Source of the DNA: a virus
Taxonomy: Duplodnaviria; Caudoviricetes
Length of the DNA: 64,000 bases
Reading direction: 5' to 3' (one strand)
Virus record (IMG/VR): IMGVR_UViG_3300032218_002273
Span: 1 to 64,000 of that record
Made by a program: the position numbers and the translations under genes. Shown here one piece after another: positions 58,202 through 64,000 of the stretch. The first letter of the stretch is position 1, and every line of letters begins with the position of its first letter. The notes under the pieces were generated by a model that was not told the DNA's origin, searched no databases, and worked only from the letters and a program-made list of their open reading frames with translations.

Positions 58202-58206
58202 GCATA

Positions 58207-58216
58207 TTAACAACTA
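58207..58216 (+). promoter_or_regulatory. Putative late promoter motif TTAACAACTA
   Basis: 16 nt before the portal ATG, with GAGG in between. Confidence 0.7.
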
Positions 58217-58232
58217 CTTGTAGAGGATTTTT

Positions 58233-60248
58233 ATGGATAATTCTACACGACCAGAATCTAAATATTTCGCAGCTACAAGAGATCCAAAGAAATTGGGTAG
58301 TAATTTAGTCAATAAAGTCAAAGGCTTCCAACAAATGTCGAAGCAAATGGGTATTACTAATAAACTAAAAAACTCTTGGGCTAGTTATCATGGCATGTTC
58401 TGGAATACATTTGGTGGATCTCATCAAGTAACCTTTACTGGAGAGCAAGGAGAGCTTTCTCAACTTCCGGTAAATCATTTACGAAATATTGTAACTCACA
58501 TGAAAACAATGACTTTAGCATCTAGACCAGCTTTAGATGCTAGAGCCGCTAATACTGACCCTAAATCTCTAGTACAAGCACAATTAGCTACAGGGTTATT
58601 AGATTACTATTTAAGAGAGATGAGACTAGAAAAACATATTGCTATGGCTGTTGAAACAGCCTTAGTTCTTGGATCTGGTTATATTCAAGTAGAATGGGAT
58701 ACATCAAAAGGTCAAATTGTTGAGCAAGATGAAGAGACAGGATTCCCAGTAAGAGAAGGAGATTTAGCTTTTTGTAATTTATCTCCCTTTGAAGTCATAC
58801 ATGACGTTAATAAAAGCGATGATAATCATAACTGGCTTATTACTATAAGTTATAAAAATAGATATGATCTAATTGCTAAATTTCCAGAATATGAAAAAGA
58901 AATTGAAAGTTTACCAGGAAAAGATAAACTTGAAGGAAGCTTAGTTTTAAATAGAGATTTTGCATCAGATGAAATTCCTGTATTTACATTTTTTCATAAA
59001 CCAACAGATAGTCTCCCGAATGGAAGACATGTTGTATTTTTATCAGAAGATGTAATTCTTACAGATTTAGATTTACCATATAAAAAAATACCTATCTTTA
59101 GAGTATCTGCTGCAGATATTTTAGGAACTTGTATTGGATATGCAAATACTTATGATCTACTGCCTTTACAAGATGCTATTAACACTTTATATACATCAGT
59201 ATTTTCTAATAACGTAGCGCTTGGTACTCAGAATTTATTCGTAGAAACGGGAGCAAACTTAAACGTAACATCTTTATCCGGTGGTTTAAATGTTATTGAA
59301 GGGTTAAAAAAACCAGAACCTTTAAATTTAGTTGCTTCATCTCCAGAGACTTATCAGTTAATTAATAAAATGGAATCTTTAATGGAGACAATTTCTGGTA
59401 TAAACTCAGTAGTTCGTGGTAATCCAGAAGCTAATTTAAAATCAGGAACATCTTTAGCAGTCGTACAATCTCAAGCAGTTCAATTTATTAATGGATTGCA
59501 ACAGCAGTACATTCAGTTATTAGAAGACCTTGGTACTTGTATTATTGAGATTTTAAAAGATTATGCAACAGAACCTAGAGTTGTCAGTATTGTAGGGAAT
59601 AATAATAAAGCTTATTTAAAACAATTTAAAGCTGACGATATTCAAGAAGTTAATAGAGTAGTTGTAGATGTTGGTAATCCATTATCTAAGACTTTTGCTG
59701 GTCGTATTCAAATGGCAGAACAATTGATGCAAATGAAAGCTGATGAATTTACAATAGATCAATATATTCAAGTTATCAACACAGGTAAGCTTGATGTTAT
59801 GACAAATAAAAATACTCGCAAATTAAATCAAATTGAATTAGAAAATGAAAGATTGATGGCTGGAAAAGAAACTAAAGTTTTAATTTTAGATGATCACGCA
59901 ATGCATATACAAGAGCATGCAAGTTTATTAGATGATCCAGATATTAGGGATAATGATGAAATCGCAGGTGTTATTTTAAATCATATTCAACAACATATGG
60001 ATCTTGCATCTGATCCTGGAACACAAGCATTACATCAACTAATGGGGCATAAACCAATTCCTCAGCAGCAATCTCCTAGTCAACAACCTAATCCAGAAAA
60101 CATGAATCAACCGCAAGGTAATATACCTGCAAATATGGGAGAAGTTCCTCCAGCAAATCAACCTCCACAACAACCAAACATGCCTCAATCTCCTACAGGA
60201 CAACCTACACAACCAGATCAACAAATGGCAATGAATACTGGGGGGTAA
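58233..60248 (+). CDS. Portal protein
   Basis: 671 aa following terL; VNHLRNIV, GSGYIQVEWD and ETISGINSVVRG (P22/T7-like portal features); Q/P-rich tail. Confidence 0.8.
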   Translation: MDNSTRPESKYFAATRDPKKLGSNLVNKVKGFQQMSKQMGITNKLKNSWASYHGMFWNTFGGSHQVTFTGEQGELSQLPVNHLRNIVTHMKTMTLASRPALDARAANTDPKSLVQAQLATGLLDYYLREMRLEKHIAMAVETALVLGSGYIQVEWDTSKGQIVEQDEETGFPVREGDLAFCNLSPFEVIHDVNKSDDNHNWLITISYKNRYDLIAKFPEYEKEIESLPGKDKLEGSLVLNRDFASDEIPVFTFFHKPTDSLPNGRHVVFLSEDVILTDLDLPYKKIPIFRVSAADILGTCIGYANTYDLLPLQDAINTLYTSVFSNNVALGTQNLFVETGANLNVTSLSGGLNVIEGLKKPEPLNLVASSPETYQLINKMESLMETISGINSVVRGNPEANLKSGTSLAVVQSQAVQFINGLQQQYIQLLEDLGTCIIEILKDYATEPRVVSIVGNNNKAYLKQFKADDIQEVNRVVVDVGNPLSKTFAGRIQMAEQLMQMKADEFTIDQYIQVINTGKLDVMTNKNTRKLNQIELENERLMAGKETKVLILDDHAMHIQEHASLLDDPDIRDNDEIAGVILNHIQQHMDLASDPGTQALHQLMGHKPIPQQQSPSQQPNPENMNQPQGNIPANMGEVPPANQPPQQPNMPQSPTGQPTQPDQQMAMNTGG

Positions 60249-60250
60249 TA

Positions 60251-61915
60251 ATGTCAACGGCGGAAGAGCTTAGAAAAAAATTACTAGACTTGGCAAATAA
60301 ACCATTAAAGGAACAACAAGAGCAACCGACTTCTTTACCAGAAGAACCACCACCAATACCAAAAGAACTACCACCTCTACCTAAAGAAAGTATAAGCAAA
60401 CAAAATAATCCTTTTATAGTAAATCCAGATATCATGGATGAAAAAGATACTGAAAATTTAATAGATGTAATGACAAATAAAAGAGTGAAACCCGTTGAGT
60501 ATTCTAGTAAAAATCAATCTCATAAAAGAGGAATAGATGCTCTTAATAAGATAATAAATTATCAAAATAAAACAATAGATGAAGTAGCAAAAGCTAGAAA
60601 GTCGGGAGATTCTTCCTTATTAAAAACACCAGAATATTATTATCAAGATGAGGATTTAGTAAATAATATTTTCAAAGTTGGAAATGAAATTCAAAATTCA
60701 AATATTGTAAGACCAAAATCACAATTCCTACAATTTAAAAATCAAAATCTAAAACCAGAAATACAACAAGAAATAAAAAATAGTATTATGAATTCGGATT
60801 ATGAAAAGGCAATTGATTTGGCTCATAATAAAAATAATATGTTTGCAGGCAGGGGAGTTTTTAATAGAACCATAGAAGACATACTACAAAATGAAATGAA
60901 TATAAAACCAGACGAGCATGATAAACTATATGATCTTTTTAAAGATTCAGACTTATTAAGAAATGTTAAAATAATAAAAAAACCTTTGCCAGAGGAGTCA
61001 GTCGGAGGATACTATAATCCAACTGCAACTGAAGAACATCCATTTGGTCACATTGTTTTAAACACTAATAATAAGAATCCATCTAAATTATCAATTATAT
61101 TACATGAACTAAAACATGCTAGAGATAGATTATATAATATGGATTTAAGAGATAAAATGCACAGTTCTAATTTTCCTTTAGAAATTCCTCAAGATCAAGT
61201 TTCTTTAAGTAAACTCAACCCAAAAACAGGAGAAAAAATAGAATACTCGCTACCTGGGTATGCACATCTAGATAAGGAAGCTTCTGGAGGTTTGATTGCT
61301 CATCATATTGAGCCGTACGCTGAAATTAACACAATAAAAGGATTACAAAAAAATAAATTATTTGGTTTGCTACCATTAGCAGCAGCATTAGGTGCCACTG
61401 CATATTCTACAAGCTCTAAAGCAGATGAGGGAGATTATGAAGGAGTTGCAAAAGATATAGCAGAAAATACGGCAGATGTTGGCTCTTTGGGATTTTACTC
61501 TGCTGCTAAAAAATTAGGAGCTGGAAAATCTGGAAAAAATATATTAAAAGATATTGCAGTGTCGGATAGAGCAGGAGAACCTTTTGATTGGTCGGATTAT
61601 AGTAAAGAAGATATAGATCAATTACATGAGGGATTAAAAGACACAGCACACGCTGCAGCTTATTTAACTCCAGCCGCTCCTTATGTAGGAGCTGCAGATA
61701 CGGGAATGATGTTAGGTCAAGGAACAGGAGTAATAGAAAATCTTTATAAAAATTATAAAAATAATCAAAGCGTTTTAGATCCAGAATTTGAAAAACAAGA
61801 AGAGGAATCAAAAAGAGCACAAGAAGAATGGGAAGCTAGACACAAGAGAGTAAACGAAACTACAGGTATTGAAAGAGCCAACAAAATTAAAAGAAGTATT
61901 GAAGCTAAAAAATAA
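60251..61915 (+). CDS. Head-module protein with a zincin-like HExxH domain
   Basis: GGYYNP...HIVLN...ILHELKHARD followed by a hydrophobic LLPLAAALGATA segment; lies between portal and scaffold. Confidence 0.55.
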   Translation: MSTAEELRKKLLDLANKPLKEQQEQPTSLPEEPPPIPKELPPLPKESISKQNNPFIVNPDIMDEKDTENLIDVMTNKRVKPVEYSSKNQSHKRGIDALNKIINYQNKTIDEVAKARKSGDSSLLKTPEYYYQDEDLVNNIFKVGNEIQNSNIVRPKSQFLQFKNQNLKPEIQQEIKNSIMNSDYEKAIDLAHNKNNMFAGRGVFNRTIEDILQNEMNIKPDEHDKLYDLFKDSDLLRNVKIIKKPLPEESVGGYYNPTATEEHPFGHIVLNTNNKNPSKLSIILHELKHARDRLYNMDLRDKMHSSNFPLEIPQDQVSLSKLNPKTGEKIEYSLPGYAHLDKEASGGLIAHHIEPYAEINTIKGLQKNKLFGLLPLAAALGATAYSTSSKADEGDYEGVAKDIAENTADVGSLGFYSAAKKLGAGKSGKNILKDIAVSDRAGEPFDWSDYSKEDIDQLHEGLKDTAHAAAYLTPAAPYVGAADTGMMLGQGTGVIENLYKNYKNNQSVLDPEFEKQEEESKRAQEEWEARHKRVNETTGIERANKIKRSIEAKK

Positions 61916-61918
61916 GTA

Positions 61919-61928
61919 TTAACAACTA
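61919..61928 (+). promoter_or_regulatory. Putative late promoter motif TTAACAACTA
   Basis: Directly after the stop at 61915; opens a 73-nt leader. Confidence 0.7.
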
Positions 61929-62001
61929 CATATAGAGAGTACGCAATAACGCATCTCTCACTAACAATTACCCCAATAGGGGCATTATTTAGGAGAATTT
62001 T

Positions 62002-62952
62002 ATGTCACAACAAGCTATGGACACAGCTCCAGTAGTAGACTCAATCGCACCATCAGAAGCAGAATTAGAAAGTTTTGAAACTGAATCCTCTGATTCTAAT
62101 ACTACAGCAACGGCTGAACAAAAGCAAGAAATTCAAAAACAAATTGAAAAATTAGAAAGAGAATTTAAGCTTAAAGTTAACGGCAAAGAAGTAGTAGAAA
62201 AAATTGATTTAAATGACGAACAAAGAATTGTAAAAGCTTTACAAATGGAAAAAGCCGCACAAGAAGCATTTCAAAGAGCTGCAGCTAAGGAAAAAGAATT
62301 AAGTAACATGAACTCCCAACTTGATCAATTTTTTAAATTGCTTCAAGAAAATCCACTTCAAGTACTATTAAATCCAGAGCTTGGATTAAATGCGGAAGAA
62401 ATAGCTAATAAAATTTTGGATATGAAGATTGAAGAAGAACTAAAATCTCCAGAACAAAAAGCATTAGAAGAAGCTAAAGCTAAACTAGCCGAGTATGAGC
62501 ATAAAGAAAAAAGTGCTAGAGAAGAAGCGGAAAGACTAAGAACAGAAAAACTACAAGAAGATTTTGAAAGAGAAATTACAACCTCTATTACTGGAGCTAT
62601 TGAAAAAGGAGATCTTCCTGCTTCACCTTATATTGTGGCTAAATTTGGTCAATTATTAGAAGCTGCTATTGATAGAAATATTGAAATTAAACCTGATGAT
62701 TTAATTCCTTTAGTAAAAAGTGCATACATGCGTGACATGAGAGATATGATCGGCAAGTTACCAGATGAAATTATTGAAGATATGGTAACTCCAGATCGGA
62801 TTAAAGGTATTAGAAACAAAAGAATTCAAGCAGTTAAGCAAACTAACGCTAAAGTTGCCTCTACTCCAAAGGTAGAAGATACTGGAGCTGCGCCAGTTAA
62901 ATCTGAATCTAAAAAGAAAGAAAATTTCTTTAAAAAGTTAGGAGATTGGTAA
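62002..62952 (+). CDS. Capsid scaffolding protein
   Basis: Acidic coiled-coil; FKLKVNGKEVVEKIDL motif; directly before the capsid gene. Confidence 0.7.
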   Translation: MSQQAMDTAPVVDSIAPSEAELESFETESSDSNTTATAEQKQEIQKQIEKLEREFKLKVNGKEVVEKIDLNDEQRIVKALQMEKAAQEAFQRAAAKEKELSNMNSQLDQFFKLLQENPLQVLLNPELGLNAEEIANKILDMKIEEELKSPEQKALEEAKAKLAEYEHKEKSAREEAERLRTEKLQEDFEREITTSITGAIEKGDLPASPYIVAKFGQLLEAAIDRNIEIKPDDLIPLVKSAYMRDMRDMIGKLPDEIIEDMVTPDRIKGIRNKRIQAVKQTNAKVASTPKVEDTGAAPVKSESKKKENFFKKLGDW

Positions 62953-62953
62953 T

Positions 62954-62963
62954 TTAACAACTG
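62954..62963 (+). promoter_or_regulatory. Late motif variant TTAACAACTG
   Basis: Directly after the scaffold stop; opens a 171-nt leader. Confidence 0.6.
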
Positions 62964-63134
62964 TTTATAATGGGATGCCCCAAGTATCCCAATTAATTTG
63001 GCTTAAGTATCGAATATGAATTTCTATAGACGTAGTGGCAAGCAATAGCCCCATTACCACCCTTAAGAAAGTAGTAGGAGATAGTTAGTATATTACAAAA
63101 CTATTTATTATTATTTTAACAAAGGAAAACTAAA

Positions 63135-64000
63135 ATGGCTCAATTTAACGACTTAGTAAGCTTAAACGGTCTTTTTAAAGACGTATATGCTGCTGAAATT
63201 CACAACATGATCCCGTCTGTAGCAAAGCTACAAGAAATTATTAAATTCGTTGGTAGACAATACCAAGAAGGGAATCAATACGTTCAACCACTAGTTCTAC
63301 AATTAGAGCATGGTGTTTCGTATGGTTCACCAGAAGATGGAGCATTTGATCTAAACGCTTCTATCTCAGGTGTTGTAAAACATGCAAGAGTACGTGGTGC
63401 TCAAATGTTACTAAGAACATCAGTAGCATATGACTTGCTTGCTCGTTCTCAAAACAATGCAGGGGCTTTTGCTCAAGCAACTAAATTCGTAGTTCAAGCT
63501 ATGACTGAATCAATGGCTAAGAAATACGAAGTAGAAATTTTCTATGGTCAATCAAACATTGGACTTGTAGAATCTTCTACATCATCACAGTTTGTAATTG
63601 AAGCTTCTGAATGGGCTTCTGGTATTTTCTGCGGCGGTAAAGGGATGAAACTTGAAATTAGAAATGCTGCAGATAGTGCAAAACTTCAAGATGTAACTAT
63701 TAGCGCAGTTGATTTTGAAACTAGAACTATTAAAGTAGAAGAAGTTTTAGATCCTGCAGTTATTGTTGCTGGATCTGTTATCAAACCTTACAAAGCTCAT
63801 GGAAAACAAGCAGCAGGTCTAGTAAAAATTATGTCAAATACTGGATCTCTATTTGAAATCGATGCTGCTCAATATGAATTATGGAAAGGGAATGTTGTTG
63901 ACGTTGGTGGAGATTTAACTTTTGCTCTATTAGTAAAACATCTTGCAAAACCAATTGAAAAAGGTCTTGATAAAGATGTTGTTGCTATTGTTTCTCCTAA
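63135..64000 (+). CDS. Major capsid protein, 3'-truncated by the window edge (not in track)
   Basis: AAGGA RBS, ATG 63135, frame open to the end: MAQFNDLVSLNGLFKDVYA...QYVQPLVLQLEHGVSYG...; follows the scaffold gene. Confidence 0.8.
   Translation, partial: MAQFNDLVSLNGLFKDVYAAEIHNMIPSVAKLQEIIKFVGRQYQEGNQYVQPLVLQLEHGVSYGSPEDGAFDLNASISGVVKHARVRGAQMLLRTSVAYDLLARSQNNAGAFAQATKFVVQAMTESMAKKYEVEIFYGQSNIGLVESSTSSQFVIEASEWASGIFCGGKGMKLEIRNAADSAKLQDVTISAVDFETRTIKVEEVLDPAVIVAGSVIKPYKAHGKQAAGLVKIMSNTGSLFEIDAAQYELWKGNVVDVGGDLTFALLVKHLAKPIEKGLDKDVVAIVSP

Noticed and set aside
472-61820. Numerous tracked ORFs antisense to long genes (e.g. 472-738, 3688-3939, 9871-10140, 15865-16290, 26674-26955, 29594-29983, 57232-57531, 61506-61820)
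   Set aside because: Shadow frames of well-supported genes, with no RBS or recognisable motifs.
1-64000. Stop-codon reassignment
   Set aside because: Conserved genes (PolA, NrdJ, TerL, portal) are full length under the standard code, and TAA, TAG and TGA all end genes.

Overview
This AT-rich window is most of the genome of a tailed dsDNA phage with a podovirus-like (P22/T7-style) head-tail and ejection-protein module. It starts inside a tail-fibre-like gene and ends inside the major capsid gene. Layout: (i) 1-17.3 kb, + strand tail and internal virion genes; (ii) 17.3-43.9 kb, - strand envelope, nucleotide-metabolism, replication/recombination and small early genes (ClpP-like and Zn proteases, dNMP kinase, metallophosphoesterase, family A DNA polymerase, primase-helicase, ERF, PD-(D/E)XK nuclease, DenV, rIIA/rIIB-like, DUF932-like); (iii) 43.95-45.2 kb, a non-coding control region; (iv) 45.2-55.5 kb, mostly - strand small genes plus ThyX, class II RNR and an M15 peptidase; (v) 56-64 kb, + strand terminase, portal, scaffold and capsid. 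I saw no integrase, tRNA or CRISPR array. The most unusual signals are non-coding. A 48-nt stem-loop element occurs twice (44888-44935 minus, 55715-55762 plus) with compensatory base changes, each copy downstream of its own promoter-like motif. A cluster of IHF-consensus sites is followed by seven sigma54 -24/-12 motifs in about 150 bp. A 10-copy TTAACAACT motif marks late genes, and a 3-copy tripartite motif marks early cassettes. At protein level there are three Hint-like domains (one plausibly active, two lacking the catalytic Cys) and an IF2-N-like protein. All family calls come from motif recognition by eye; no database search or folding was run. The host is unknown.
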